Source: Candidatus Sericytochromatia bacterium | Lineage (GTDB): Bacteria > Cyanobacteriota > Sericytochromatia > S15B-MN24 > JAQBPE01 | Reading direction: 5' to 3' | NCBI GenBank assembly: GCA_035285125.1 | Contig: JAYKHR010000174.1 | Location: 31,775 to 95,774, forward strand | DNA: 64,000 nucleotides | Part shown: positions 25,669 through 36,190 of the stretch, in pieces | Layout of the letters: each line of letters begins with the position of its first letter | Position numbering within the stretch: position 1 is the stretch's first letter | Program-made: the position numbers and the translations under genes | The notes under the pieces: model-generated | Told to the model about the DNA's origin: nothing | Seen by the model: the letters and a program-made list of their open reading frames with translations, nothing else | The model's database searches: none

Positions 25669-28600
25669 GCCTGCCGTGGGTTCCGATCGCGATCGTCGGC
25701 GCGGGCGGGGTCTTTCCCGACGCCCCCGGGCTTGACGCGCTCTGGGCCAACGTCCTCGCCGGGCGCTCGGCTGCAGGCCCCGTGCCGCCGGGGCGCTGGA
25801 TCTTGCCGCCCGACGAGATCGTCGACAGCACGCCGGGGGCCCCCGACCGTGTGGCGAGCAACCGGGCCTGCCTCATCCACGGGGCGCCGACCGCAGCGGG
25901 CCCCGTGCCCCCTGTCTTGGAGGGGCTAGACCCCCTGTACCTGCTCGGCTGGGAGGCCGCTCGCCAGGCCTGGCAGGGGGTGCGTGCCGCCGGCCTGGAT
26001 CGTCGCCGCGTCGGGCTGGTGATGGGCAACATCGTCTTGCCGGACACCGCCGCCGCTGAGGATGCCGTGGCCCTTCTCGATGAGGCCGGCACCCTTCGCC
26101 CTGCCTCGTATCGCGGGGCAGGCCTGCCCGCAGGGCTCATTGCCCGCCTGCTCGGCTTCGGGCTGGGCGGCGTCGCGCTCGATGCCGCGTGTGCCTCGTC
26201 GCTCTATGCCATCAAGCTCGCCTGCGCCGAGCTCGCGGCGGGCCGGGCCGACGCCATGGTCGCAGGGGGGCTGTCGCGGCCTGACAGCCTGTACACCCAG
26301 ATGGGCTTCTCCCAGCTGCGGGCGCTGTCACCTACGGGGCGGAGCGCCCCCTTCGACGCCGCTGGGGATGGCCTTGTGGTCGGGGAGGGCGCCGGGATGG
26401 TGGCCCTCAAGCGGCTGGCCGATGCGGAGCGCGATGGGGATTCCATCTGGGGCGTCATTCGCGGCATCGGCACCTCCAACGACCTGGAGGGGAGCCTGCT
26501 TGCGCCCCATTCCGAGGGGCAGCTGCGGGCGATGAGAGAGGCCTACAGGCTGGCCGGGTGGGTCCCGGGAGAGGTTGACCTCGTCGAGTGCCACGCCACG
26601 GGCACGCCGCGCGGGGACGCCGTCGAGGTGGCCAGCCTGCGGGCATTGCGCGAGGGGCACACGGCGCCTTGCGTCATCGGCTCCGTCAAGTCGAACCTGG
26701 GCCACCTGCTGACCGCGGCCGGCTCAGCTGGTCTCATCAAGGCCCTGCTAGCCCTGAGGTCCCGTGTGCTGCCTCCCACGGCCAACTTCCGCGCCGCGCC
26801 GGAGGGATGGGGCCTCGACGAGGCGGGCCTGCGGGTGTTGATGGCGCCGGAGCCCTGGCCGGAGCCGGACGGGCGGCCGCGTCGCGCCGCCGTGAGCGCC
26901 TTCGGGTTCGGCGGGATCAACGCCCACGTGCTGCTCGAAGAGCATGTGCCGGGTCGCTCCACGGGGCTCGGGGAACCGCTGCCGCGGCCCGAACGCGTCG
27001 CGATAGTGGGCCTTGGCGCCAGGTATGGGGCGCTCGCAGACGCTGACGCCTTCCGGGAGGCGACGCTGGCGGGTGACGACGCGGCGCGGGCGCCGCGGGT
27101 GGAGGCGGCCGATCGGGCGGGCTTCAGGGGCAGGCTCCTGCCGCAGGTGCAGGGCGCCTACATGCCCGCCGACGTACCGGTGCCGCTCGGGGCCTTCCGT
27201 GTCCCACCGCGCGAGTGGACCGACTGGTTGCCCCAACAGGCCTTGACCCTGCTGGCGTGTGACGAAGCCTTGCGGGACGTCAGCGATGCCTGGGCGGATC
27301 GCACCCGGCGCCACCCCCGGGCCGGCGCCTACGTGGGCATCACGCTCGACCCGCGCACGACGGACTGGCACCGGCGCTGGCGGCGCCTGGCCCGGCAAGA
27401 GGGTTCGACGGTGCCTCCGCTCACGGCCGAACGCACGCTCGGGGCGCTGGGCGGGATGGTAGCCAGCCGGCTGGCCCGAGAGTTCCGCTTCGGCGGCCCC
27501 ACCCACACCGTGCAGGCTGAGGAGGCCGCGGCCATGCGGGCGCTGGAGGTCGGCGTCAGGGCCCTGCAGCGGGGTGAGGTCGATCTCGCCCTCGTCGCTG
27601 CCGTCGACCTGCCGGGCGACGGCCGCGTTCTCGTCGCGCGGTCGCGGGAGGGTTGCCCCCTGCCGACCGGGGAGGGGGCTGGCGCGGTGGTGCTCAAGCG
27701 CCTCTCGGACGCCGAGCGAGACGGGGACCGGATCTACGCCGTCATCGACGGGTTGGCCTCTTGCGGAGCCCTGGCGGCCGCGGCGTCCACCGAAGCGCCG
27801 GATGCCGCCACCATCTCCCAGGCCATCCAGGGCGCGTGGGGCGAGGCGGGGGCGGCGCCGCAGGGGGCCGGCCTGCTGGAGCTCGACGGGCTGGATGACG
27901 AGGCCGAACGGGAGGCCGTGGCCCGCGTCTGGGGTCAGGGGCCTGCGGTCACGGCGCTGGGGCGGGTGGCCCAGGCCGTGGGGCGGTCGGGCGCGGCCGG
28001 GGGCATGGCCAGCCTGCTGCGGGCCTGCCTCTCGCTGTACCACGAGATCCTCCCTGCCTGGAGCTTGCAGGAGGGGGACGAAGCGCCTGCCTCGTCGCTG
28101 CACCTGCCGCGCGTCTCCCAGTACTGGTTCCGGGACCGTGGCGCGGGCCCGCGTCGTGCCGGTGTCAACCTGCTCGGCCGGGATGGCACGGCCTGCCACG
28201 TGGTGCTTTCAGCGCCCGAAGCCCAGCCCAGCCGGGCCCGTGAGCGGGCGAGCCGCGAGCGCCATCGTCCCCTCGGGCGGCCCAGGCAAGGTCTCTTTGC
28301 GCTGGCCGCCCCCGATCGGGACGGCCTGGCGGCGCAGCTCGACGCCCTGCAGGCGACCGCTGTCGCGGCGCCCCAAGCCGGGGGCTCGGAGCTTGCCGAG
28401 CGCTGGTGGCGGTCCCAGGGCGTCGGCACCGGCGCGCTGGGGCTTGCGCTCGTGGCGCGCGACGGGGCCGAGGTGCTCGAGCGGATCCGGGAGGCGCGGC
28501 TGGCCCTCGCGGGTGAGCGCCAGCCCGGCAGCGACACCGCCAACCCCGGGGCCAGCGTCTTCCACAGCAGCCTGCCGCTGGGGCCCGGTCCCTTGGCGTT

Positions 28601-31600
28601 CGTGTATCCCGGCAGCGGCAACCACTTCGTGGGGATGGACGCAGAGCTCTGGGCGGCGTTCCCTTGGGTGCCGCGACGCCAGGACAGCGAGACGACCACG
28701 CTGCTGAGCCAGGTGCGCCCCCACCGGACCCTGCCCTGGCGCGGGGGGTGGCCGGAGGGCTGGCAGGCCGAGGCCGACGCCGCGCTGGCGGTGGACACGC
28801 GCACCACCTTGCTCACGCAGGTGGCCCATGGGGCTCTCATGACCGACCTCGTGAGCGCCTTTGGGGTCCGTCCCCAGGCCGTGCTCGGCCTCAGCCTGGG
28901 TGAGACGGCCGGGCTGGTCGCGACGCGCGCCTGGACGGACAGGGACGAGCTGACGCGGCGCATGGTGGCAAGCAAGCTTTTCACCGTCGAGCTCGGCGGG
29001 CGCTGTGCGGCAGCGGCGCGGGCCTGGGGGTTGTCCGCCGGGGTGCCCGCCGCGTGGCGAGTCGGGGCCGTCGATCGCTCGGCAGAGGCCGTGCGGGCCG
29101 CGCTGGAGGGCCTGCCGCGCGCTTACTTGCTGATTGTGACCGGACCGGCGGAGTGCGTGGTCGGGGGCGACCCGGGGGCGGTCGATGCGCTCGTGGGGCG
29201 GCTCGGCTGCAGCCTCGTCCCGCTGGAGGGCATCACCACGGTGCACTGCGAGGTCGCCACCCAGGTCCAGGCGTCCTACCGGGCGCTTCATGACCTCCCC
29301 ACGTCGCCGCCTGCGGGCGTCGCGTTCTACAGCGGCCGCTGGGGGCACCGGTACGCCGTCGACCGGGACACGGCCGCCGACTCCATCCTGGCGCAGGCCC
29401 TGGGCACGGTGGATTACCCTGCCGTCGTGCGCGCGGCCTACGCGGACGGGGTGCGTCACTTCGTGGAGCTGGGGCCGCGCAACTCCTGCTCCCGGCTGAT
29501 CCGCAACGTGCTGGGCGATGTTCCGCACCTGGCGCGGTCTGCCTGCCAGCGCGGGCCCGAGCCCATCGGCGTGGTGCTCAGGCTGCTGGCCCATCTGCAC
29601 GCTGAACGCGTGCCCATCGACCTGGCGCCCCTGTACGGCCACGAGGTGCTTGCCCCGCGTGCCCGCGTGGCCTCGTCCCACGCCCGGGTGCCCCTCCACG
29701 CCCCCCTCTTCGCGGGGGGGGAGCCCGGCTCGGCCGTCCGGCTGCCGCTCCGTCGGGGCCGCAAGGTGGCCGCTCGCGAGGGGAACGAGGCGCCTGCCGT
29801 CGCGGCGGCAGCCGTGAGTGGCAGCGTCCTTCCGTCCAAGGCTGCCTCCCCCGCAGAGCCTGCCGGTGCCCCCGGCCAAGCCTTGGCACGAGCGCTGCCG
29901 TCGGCTGTCGTTCCCCGGCGGGGCGCGGCGGTGGCTTCCGTCAGGCCCGCGGACGGCGGCCCGGGACGAGAGGACCAGCCGCCCCCGGTGGCGGTCACGC
30001 CGCCCGCGGCGCAAGACCTCCTCGCGACCGGCTTGAGCGCCGTCGAGCTGGCGTGGGACAGGCTCCAGGCCGAGCAGGCCCGCGTGGCCCAGGAAGCCGA
30101 GGCGCTGGTGGCGTTGCTCGAGCGGCTGCTTGGCCCGGCCAATGGCGCCGCCCTGATGGGCGCGTCGACCGCTGCACCTGACCAGGTCTCTGGCAGTGCA
30201 CCCGCGCCCGTTGCGTTGCCCGTGCCGTCCGCGGCGCCCGCGCCCGCTGCCGAGGCGGCGTCCGTCACCGAGGCCCCCGTCTTCCTCGACCGGGCAGGCT
30301 GCCTGGCCTATGCCAGGGGCGCCATCGGGCCCGTGCTGGGCCCCTACTTCGCCCCGATCGACGCCTTCCCGACCCGCGTGCGCCTGCCGGACGAGCCGCT
30401 GATGCTGGTGGACCGCATTCTGGCCGTCACCGGAGAGCGCGGCTCGCTGACGCACGGCACCATCGTCACCGAGCACGACGTCCGGGACGGGGCCTGGTAC
30501 CTGGATGCGAACAAAATCCCGACTTGCATCGCGGTTGAGGCCGGCCAGGCGGATCTGTTCCTGTCGGGCTGGTTGGGCATCGACTTCAAGACCCGCGGGC
30601 TCGCCATGTACCGGCTGCTGGATGCCGTGGTGACCTTCCACGGCCCGCTGCCGGGACCCGGGGCGACCATCCACTACGACATCGCCATCGAGCGGTTCAT
30701 GGAGCAAGGGGGCGTGACGCTCTTCTTCTTCCGCTTCGACGCCACTGTTGATGGGCAGCCGCTGCTGACGATGCGCGAGGGCTGCGCCGGCTTCTTCTCG
30801 CCGCAGCAACTCGAGGACGGTCGTGGCATCGTGTTCTCCACCCTGGAGCAGCGCCCGGTGCCGGGCCGGCTGCCACCTGGCTGGCAGCCGTTGCTTCCGA
30901 CGGCCTCAGGGGGGCTCGACGACAGGCAGCTCGAGGCGCTGCGGGCCGGGGATCTCGCCGGGGCCTTCGGAGAGCCCTTCGATCGGCTGCCCTTCGCCCG
31001 GGCGGCCACCCTGCCCGGCGGCCTGATGCGCCTCGTGGACCGCGTGACGTGCATCGAGCCTGAGGGGGGACGGCACGGGATCGGCCTGATCCGCGCCGAG
31101 CACGACGTGGTGCCCGACGCCTGGTACCTGACGTGCCACTTTGTCGACGACCAGGTCATGCCCGGCACCCTGATGTACGAGTGCTGCATGCACACGCTCC
31201 GCATCGGCCTGATGCGCCTGGGCTGGGTTGGCCCCGAAGGTGCGGTGGCCTACGAGCCGCTGCCGGGAGCTCAGAGCCGCCTGAAGTGTCGTGGCCAGGT
31301 GCTGGCGAGCACCCGGGTCGTCACCTACGAGATCACGCTCAAGGAACTCGGGGCCGACGCGGAGGGCACGCCCTTCGCGATCGCCGATGCGCTCATGCTG
31401 GCCGATGGCAAGCCCATCGTGCTGATCGCCGACATGACGGTCCGCGCGACGGGCCTGCGCCTCCCGGCACTGGCGGCCATGTGGGAGGAGGCCCAGCGGC
31501 CGCGTGCCCTGCCCGTGCCGCCGGGCTGCCTGTATGGCCCGGAGCACATTCTGGCCTTTGCCGTGGGCCGTCCGTCACTGGCCTTTGGCGACCGCTACCG

Positions 31601-32606
31601 CGTGTTCGACGCGGAGCGCGTGATCGCCCGACTGCCGGGCCCCCCTTACATGTTCCTCGACCGCATCACCGCCGTGGAGGGCGAGCCGTGGGCCTGTCAG
31701 GCCGGCGCAGCCTGCGAGGCTGCCTACGATGTGCCACCGGATGCGTGGTATTTCTCGGACGAGGGCCAGCCCACGATGCCCTTCGCCGTGTTGCTGGAGG
31801 TGGCCCTGCAGCCGTGCGGCTGGCTGGCTGCCTACGTGGGCTCGGCGCTGACGTCTCCGATCGACCTCTCCTTCCGCAACCTGGGCGGTCAGGCCGTCCA
31901 GCACCGCGTCATCGGGCCGGACATCGGCACCTTGCTCACCCGGGCGTGCCTCACCGCCGTGTCACACGCAGCGGGGATGATCATTCAGGAGTTCACCTTC
32001 GACGTGACGGCCGGTGGGGCGCCCGTCTACACGGGCACCACGACCTTCGGATTTTTCACGAAGGCCGCGCTGGCTCAGCAGGTGGGGCTGCGCGGCGTCT
32101 CCCCCTGGGAGGTGGAAGCCGGGCCCGCCTTGGCGTTCCCCCGGGAGTTCGGGCCGATGCCGCTGGGCAAGCTTGCGCTGCTCTCTGATCTCGACGTCTG
32201 GCACAAGGAGGGGGGCCGCCACGGGCTGGGCCTGATGCGCGGCCGGAAGCGGGTGGACCCCGCGGACTGGTATTTCTCCGCCCACTTCTACCAGGACCCC
32301 GTCTGCCCGGGCTCGCTCGGCCTGGAGGGGCTGGTCCAGTTGCTCAAGGTGGAGGCCTGGCGGCGGTGGGGGGGCGAGGTGCCCGACCACCGGTTCGCCG
32401 CCATGGTGCCCGGCGCCGCGCACAGCTGGATGTACCGCGGGCAGATCATCCCGACCAGCGGCGAGGTGGTCGTCGAGGCCCATCTCAAGGCCATCGACGA
32501 GGTCAGTCGGACCCTGGTCGCGGACGGCTTGCTGCTGGTGGACGGGCGCCCCATCTACGGGATGACGGATTTTGCGGTGGGGCTCAGGCCGGAGGGGCCG
32601 ACGTGA
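25665..32606 (+). CDS. pfaBC: Fused PfaB/PfaC: KS-CLF-AT plus FabA-like dehydratase domains
   Basis: KS DAACASSL/HATGT/KSNLGH; inactive second KS (QAEEAAAM, no Cys); AT GLSLGE; FabA-type DHs WYLTCHFVDDQVMPGTLMYE and WYFSAHFYQDPVCPGSLGLE; ATGA overlap with the pfaA stop. Confidence 0.92.
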   Translation: MSLPWVPIAIVGAGGVFPDAPGLDALWANVLAGRSAAGPVPPGRWILPPDEIVDSTPGAPDRVASNRACLIHGAPTAAGPVPPVLEGLDPLYLLGWEAARQAWQGVRAAGLDRRRVGLVMGNIVLPDTAAAEDAVALLDEAGTLRPASYRGAGLPAGLIARLLGFGLGGVALDAACASSLYAIKLACAELAAGRADAMVAGGLSRPDSLYTQMGFSQLRALSPTGRSAPFDAAGDGLVVGEGAGMVALKRLADAERDGDSIWGVIRGIGTSNDLEGSLLAPHSEGQLRAMREAYRLAGWVPGEVDLVECHATGTPRGDAVEVASLRALREGHTAPCVIGSVKSNLGHLLTAAGSAGLIKALLALRSRVLPPTANFRAAPEGWGLDEAGLRVLMAPEPWPEPDGRPRRAAVSAFGFGGINAHVLLEEHVPGRSTGLGEPLPRPERVAIVGLGARYGALADADAFREATLAGDDAARAPRVEAADRAGFRGRLLPQVQGAYMPADVPVPLGAFRVPPREWTDWLPQQALTLLACDEALRDVSDAWADRTRRHPRAGAYVGITLDPRTTDWHRRWRRLARQEGSTVPPLTAERTLGALGGMVASRLAREFRFGGPTHTVQAEEAAAMRALEVGVRALQRGEVDLALVAAVDLPGDGRVLVARSREGCPLPTGEGAGAVVLKRLSDAERDGDRIYAVIDGLASCGALAAAASTEAPDAATISQAIQGAWGEAGAAPQGAGLLELDGLDDEAEREAVARVWGQGPAVTALGRVAQAVGRSGAAGGMASLLRACLSLYHEILPAWSLQEGDEAPASSLHLPRVSQYWFRDRGAGPRRAGVNLLGRDGTACHVVLSAPEAQPSRARERASRERHRPLGRPRQGLFALAAPDRDGLAAQLDALQATAVAAPQAGGSELAERWWRSQGVGTGALGLALVARDGAEVLERIREARLALAGERQPGSDTANPGASVFHSSLPLGPGPLAFVYPGSGNHFVGMDAELWAAFPWVPRRQDSETTTLLSQVRPHRTLPWRGGWPEGWQAEADAALAVDTRTTLLTQVAHGALMTDLVSAFGVRPQAVLGLSLGETAGLVATRAWTDRDELTRRMVASKLFTVELGGRCAAAARAWGLSAGVPAAWRVGAVDRSAEAVRAALEGLPRAYLLIVTGPAECVVGGDPGAVDALVGRLGCSLVPLEGITTVHCEVATQVQASYRALHDLPTSPPAGVAFYSGRWGHRYAVDRDTAADSILAQALGTVDYPAVVRAAYADGVRHFVELGPRNSCSRLIRNVLGDVPHLARSACQRGPEPIGVVLRLLAHLHAERVPIDLAPLYGHEVLAPRARVASSHARVPLHAPLFAGGEPGSAVRLPLRRGRKVAAREGNEAPAVAAAAVSGSVLPSKAASPAEPAGAPGQALARALPSAVVPRRGAAVASVRPADGGPGREDQPPPVAVTPPAAQDLLATGLSAVELAWDRLQAEQARVAQEAEALVALLERLLGPANGAALMGASTAAPDQVSGSAPAPVALPVPSAAPAPAAEAASVTEAPVFLDRAGCLAYARGAIGPVLGPYFAPIDAFPTRVRLPDEPLMLVDRILAVTGERGSLTHGTIVTEHDVRDGAWYLDANKIPTCIAVEAGQADLFLSGWLGIDFKTRGLAMYRLLDAVVTFHGPLPGPGATIHYDIAIERFMEQGGVTLFFFRFDATVDGQPLLTMREGCAGFFSPQQLEDGRGIVFSTLEQRPVPGRLPPGWQPLLPTASGGLDDRQLEALRAGDLAGAFGEPFDRLPFARAATLPGGLMRLVDRVTCIEPEGGRHGIGLIRAEHDVVPDAWYLTCHFVDDQVMPGTLMYECCMHTLRIGLMRLGWVGPEGAVAYEPLPGAQSRLKCRGQVLASTRVVTYEITLKELGADAEGTPFAIADALMLADGKPIVLIADMTVRATGLRLPALAAMWEEAQRPRALPVPPGCLYGPEHILAFAVGRPSLAFGDRYRVFDAERVIARLPGPPYMFLDRITAVEGEPWACQAGAACEAAYDVPPDAWYFSDEGQPTMPFAVLLEVALQPCGWLAAYVGSALTSPIDLSFRNLGGQAVQHRVIGPDIGTLLTRACLTAVSHAAGMIIQEFTFDVTAGGAPVYTGTTTFGFFTKAALAQQVGLRGVSPWEVEAGPALAFPREFGPMPLGKLALLSDLDVWHKEGGRHGLGLMRGRKRVDPADWYFSAHFYQDPVCPGSLGLEGLVQLLKVEAWRRWGGEVPDHRFAAMVPGAAHSWMYRGQIIPTSGEVVVEAHLKAIDEVSRTLVADGLLLVDGRPIYGMTDFAVGLRPEGPT

Positions 32607-33637
32607 GATTTCAGCGGGTGCACCTGGCGGGGTGGGGACACGTGCTCGCGCCTCAGCGGGTCACGTCGAGCGAGCTCGAGCAGCGCCTCGCCCCCGTCTA
32701 CGAGGCCCTGCGGGTGCCTCAAGGGCAGCTTGCCTACCTCACGGGCATCCACGAGCGCCGCTGGTGGGACCCGGGCACGCGGCTCGCACCCAAGGCTGCC
32801 GAGGCCGCCTCGCAGGCGCTGGGTCTGGCTGGCGTCCCGGCCTCGGCCCTCGGCGCCGTGGTGTACGGCAGTGTGTGCCGGGATGCCTACGAGCCCGCGA
32901 CGGCCTGCGAGGTGGCGCATCTGCTCGGCGTCGCGGGAGCCGTCGAGGTGCTCGATGTGGCCAACGCCTGCCTCGGCATGCTTTCCGGGGTGCTGCACGT
33001 CGCGCGTCGCATCGAGCTCGGCGAGATCCGGGCGGGCGTCGTGGTGGGCTGCGAGTCTGCCCGGGAGATCAACGAGGCGATGATTGCCGAGATGCTGATC
33101 GAGCGTTCGATGGGCCACTTCGCGCGGTCGATGGCCACGCTGACGGGGGGCTCTGCCGCAGCCGCGCTGGTGCTGACGGACGGCTCGGTCGGGCGGCCGG
33201 GGCCTCGCCTCGTCGGCGGCGCGTTGCGGGCCGCTCCGGCGCACCACGCGCTCTGTCGCTGGGGCCCTGACCCGCGGGTGCCTGCCCGACAGCCGATGCT
33301 CATGGAGACGGATGCCGTCCCCGTCATGCGCGAGGGCGTGCCACTCGGCATCGCGACGTGGCACGACATGCTGCCCGTTTTGGGCTGGACGGCGCCGGAT
33401 CGCACCATCAGCCACCAGGTGGGGCAGGCCAACCGCCAGGCCATCCTGCAGGCGATTGGCGTGGCGCCGGAGCAGGACTTCGTCACCTACGACGTCCTCG
33501 GCAACACGGGCAGCGTGGCTGTGCCTCTCACGGCCTCGATGGCTGCAGAGGCGGGCTTCCTGGCGGCGGGACAGCGGGTGGCGTGGCTCGGGATCGGCAG
33601 CGGGCTGAACTGCCTCATGCTCGGATGGGAGTGGTGA
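32603..33637 (+). CDS. oleA: OleA, thiolase/FabH-like head-to-head acyl condensing enzyme
   Basis: EPATA (catalytic Glu), DVANACLG (Cys), ATLTGGS, HQVG, GNTGS, LGIGSGLNC; GTGA overlap with the pfaBC stop. Confidence 0.92.
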   Translation: MRFQRVHLAGWGHVLAPQRVTSSELEQRLAPVYEALRVPQGQLAYLTGIHERRWWDPGTRLAPKAAEAASQALGLAGVPASALGAVVYGSVCRDAYEPATACEVAHLLGVAGAVEVLDVANACLGMLSGVLHVARRIELGEIRAGVVVGCESAREINEAMIAEMLIERSMGHFARSMATLTGGSAAAALVLTDGSVGRPGPRLVGGALRAAPAHHALCRWGPDPRVPARQPMLMETDAVPVMREGVPLGIATWHDMLPVLGWTAPDRTISHQVGQANRQAILQAIGVAPEQDFVTYDVLGNTGSVAVPLTASMAAEAGFLAAGQRVAWLGIGSGLNCLMLGWEW

Positions 33638-33638
33638 G

Positions 33639-34562
33639 ATGGCCATTGACACGCAGCAGCTGCGAGAGCTTTACCCCTTCGAGGGGCGTTACCTGGACCT
33701 CGGGGGGTGCCGCATGCACTTCCTCGACGAGGGGCCCCGCGACGGGCTGCCCGTGGTGATGGTCCATGGCAACCCGAGCTGGTCGTTCCTGTTCCGAGAC
33801 CTGGTCAAGGCCTGGCGGCCCCACGGGCGAGCCATCGTCCCGGATCACGTCGGCATGGGGCTCTCCGATAAGCCTGACGACGGGCGCTACCCCTACACGC
33901 TGCGCCGTCGGGTCGACGACCTCGAGGCCCTGCTCGACCACCTGGGGATGACGGGGCCTGTCTGCCTGGTGCTCCACGACTGGGGTGGCATGATCGGCAT
34001 GGCGTGGGCAGCCCGCCACCCCGAGCGCGTGGCGCGGATCGTCGCGCTCAACACCGCGGCCTTCCGCCTGCCGGCCAGCAAGGCCTTCCCGTGGCCCCTG
34101 CGACTCGTGCGCGACACCCCCCTGGGGGCGGGCCTCGTCCGAGGGCTCAACGCCTTCGCGGAGGTCGCGAGCCGGGTCTGTGTCGTGCGGCCGCTGGCCC
34201 CTGAGGTCCGGGCGGCCTTCGTCGCGCCCTACGACACCTGGGCGCACCGGGTGGCTACGCTTCGCTTCGTGGAGGACATCCCGCTGGGGCCCGACGACCC
34301 CGCCTGGTCCACGGTGGTCGAGGTGGAGCAGGCCCTGCCGGGTCTTGCCCACGTGCCCGTGCTGCTCGGCTGGGGGGCCCGCGACTTCGTCTTCGACGAC
34401 CACTTCCTGGCGGCCTGGCAGGCGCGCTTCCCTGAGGCCGTGACGTTCCGCCACGCCGACGCCGGCCACTACGTGCTGGAGGACGCGGGGGAGACGCTCA
34501 TCCCCGAGATCGTGCGCTTCCTCGCGGCGGCGGAGGTCAGCCAGGCGGGGCTGCCTTCGTGA
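33639..34562 (+). CDS. oleB: OleB, alpha/beta hydrolase (beta-lactone decarboxylase, haloalkane dehalogenase-like)
   Basis: LYPF, HGNPSWSF, PDHVGMGLSDKP, LHDWGGMIG, FVEDIPL, AGHYVLED. Confidence 0.92.
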   Translation: MAIDTQQLRELYPFEGRYLDLGGCRMHFLDEGPRDGLPVVMVHGNPSWSFLFRDLVKAWRPHGRAIVPDHVGMGLSDKPDDGRYPYTLRRRVDDLEALLDHLGMTGPVCLVLHDWGGMIGMAWAARHPERVARIVALNTAAFRLPASKAFPWPLRLVRDTPLGAGLVRGLNAFAEVASRVCVVRPLAPEVRAAFVAPYDTWAHRVATLRFVEDIPLGPDDPAWSTVVEVEQALPGLAHVPVLLGWGARDFVFDDHFLAAWQARFPEAVTFRHADAGHYVLEDAGETLIPEIVRFLAAAEVSQAGLPS

Positions 34563-36190
34563 GGCTGCAGGACGCCTGCAACATCGCCTGGCGGCTGGAT
34601 GCCTGGGCGGCCAGGCAGCCGGAGGCCCCCGCCGTCGTGCACCGCGGGGTGACGCTGACATACGGGGCCCTCGGGGCCCTGTGCGACCGCCACGCGCACC
34701 GACTGGCCGCGCTGGGCATCGGGCGCGGCACACGGGTCGCGCTGATGGTGCGGCCGGGCTTCGACTTCTTCGCCCTGACCTTCGCCCTGTTCAAGCTGGG
34801 GGCGGTGCCCGTGCTCATCGACCCGGGGATGGGCCTTGGCTATATGCGCCAGTGCCTCGCCGAGGCTGCGCCAGAGGCGTTCATCGGCGTACCCCTCGCG
34901 CACGCGGCCCGCGTGGCCGGCGGCTGGGCCCGGTCGTCGCTGCGCTGCCGGATTGTCGTCGGCGGTTGGTTCCCGGGAGCCCACCGGCTGGAGGGAGGCC
35001 CACCGGTTTCCAGCCCCTTCCCGCGGGCTGAGACGGGCCCGGACGACGTGGCCGCCGTGCTGTTCACCAGTGGCAGCACGGGGGTGCCCAAGGGGGCTGT
35101 CTACCTGCATCGCACCTTCGACGCGCAGGTCTCCTTCCTGGCCTCCCGCTTCGGGCTTGGCCCGGGCGGCATCGACCTGCCCACCTTCCCCCTCTTCGCG
35201 CTGTTCGACGCGGCCCTCGGGGCGACGGCGATCCTGCCCGAGATGGACTTCACGCGGCCCGGGCAGGTGGATCCGCGCGCCATCGTCGAGCCGATCCGGC
35301 GCCACGGCGTCACACAGATGTTCGGCTCGCCGGCCCTGCTGGACCGGGTGGGGCGCTGGGCCGAGGGACGCGACCTCTCGCTGCCGTCACTGCGGCTCGT
35401 CATCAGCGCCGGCGCTCCCGTGCCGCCTGCCGTGCTGCGCCGCTTCGGGGCGCTGCTGGCGCCCGAGGCCGCCATCTACACGCCCTATGGCGCCACGGAG
35501 GCCCTGCCGGTCGCGGCCATCACCGCCGCCGAGGTGCTGGGGGAGACGGCGGCGGCCTGGGCCCGGGGCGAGGGCACGTGCGTGGGGCGCCTAGTCGAGG
35601 GCATCGAGCTGGCCGTCATTCCCGTCTCGGACGACCCTATCCTCGCCTGGTCCGACGCCCTGCGGCTCGCCCCCGGGGCGGTCGGCGAGCTGGCGGTGCG
35701 CGGGCCCATCGTGAGCCCGCGCTACCACGGTCGGCCGGACCATGACGCCAGGGGCAAGATCCCGGACGGCCAAGGGGGCGTCTGGCACCGCATGGGGGAC
35801 CTCGGCCGGCTCGATGCCCAGGGGCGGATCTGGTTCCTGGGCCGCAAGAGCCATCGCGTGCGCGCAGCTGCGGGGGACATGTACACCATCCCTTGCGAGG
35901 CCGTATACAACCAGCACCCCCTCGTGAAGCGCTCCGCCCTCGTGGGCGTGCCTGACCCCGCCCATCCCGGGACGCAGCGCCCCGTGCTCTGCGTGGAACT
36001 CGAGCCCGGGCAGCCGCGGGGCGGTTCCCCCGGCCTCGCCGCCGAGATCCTCGCCCTCGGGCAGGCCCACGACCACACGCGGGCCATCTCGATCCTGCTG
36101 TTTCACCCGCGCTTCCCCGTAGACATCAGGCACAACGCCAAGATCTTCCGCGAGCAGCTGGCTGGCTGGGCCCAGGAGCGCGTGCGGTGA
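34559..36190 (+). CDS. oleC: OleC, AMP-forming ligase (beta-lactone synthetase)
   Basis: CNIA, LIDPGMG, FTSGSTGVPKG, DLPTFPLFALF, TPYGATEALP, HRMGDLG, FPVDIRHNAKIFRE. Confidence 0.93.
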   Translation: MRLQDACNIAWRLDAWAARQPEAPAVVHRGVTLTYGALGALCDRHAHRLAALGIGRGTRVALMVRPGFDFFALTFALFKLGAVPVLIDPGMGLGYMRQCLAEAAPEAFIGVPLAHAARVAGGWARSSLRCRIVVGGWFPGAHRLEGGPPVSSPFPRAETGPDDVAAVLFTSGSTGVPKGAVYLHRTFDAQVSFLASRFGLGPGGIDLPTFPLFALFDAALGATAILPEMDFTRPGQVDPRAIVEPIRRHGVTQMFGSPALLDRVGRWAEGRDLSLPSLRLVISAGAPVPPAVLRRFGALLAPEAAIYTPYGATEALPVAAITAAEVLGETAAAWARGEGTCVGRLVEGIELAVIPVSDDPILAWSDALRLAPGAVGELAVRGPIVSPRYHGRPDHDARGKIPDGQGGVWHRMGDLGRLDAQGRIWFLGRKSHRVRAAAGDMYTIPCEAVYNQHPLVKRSALVGVPDPAHPGTQRPVLCVELEPGQPRGGSPGLAAEILALGQAHDHTRAISILLFHPRFPVDIRHNAKIFREQLAGWAQERVR

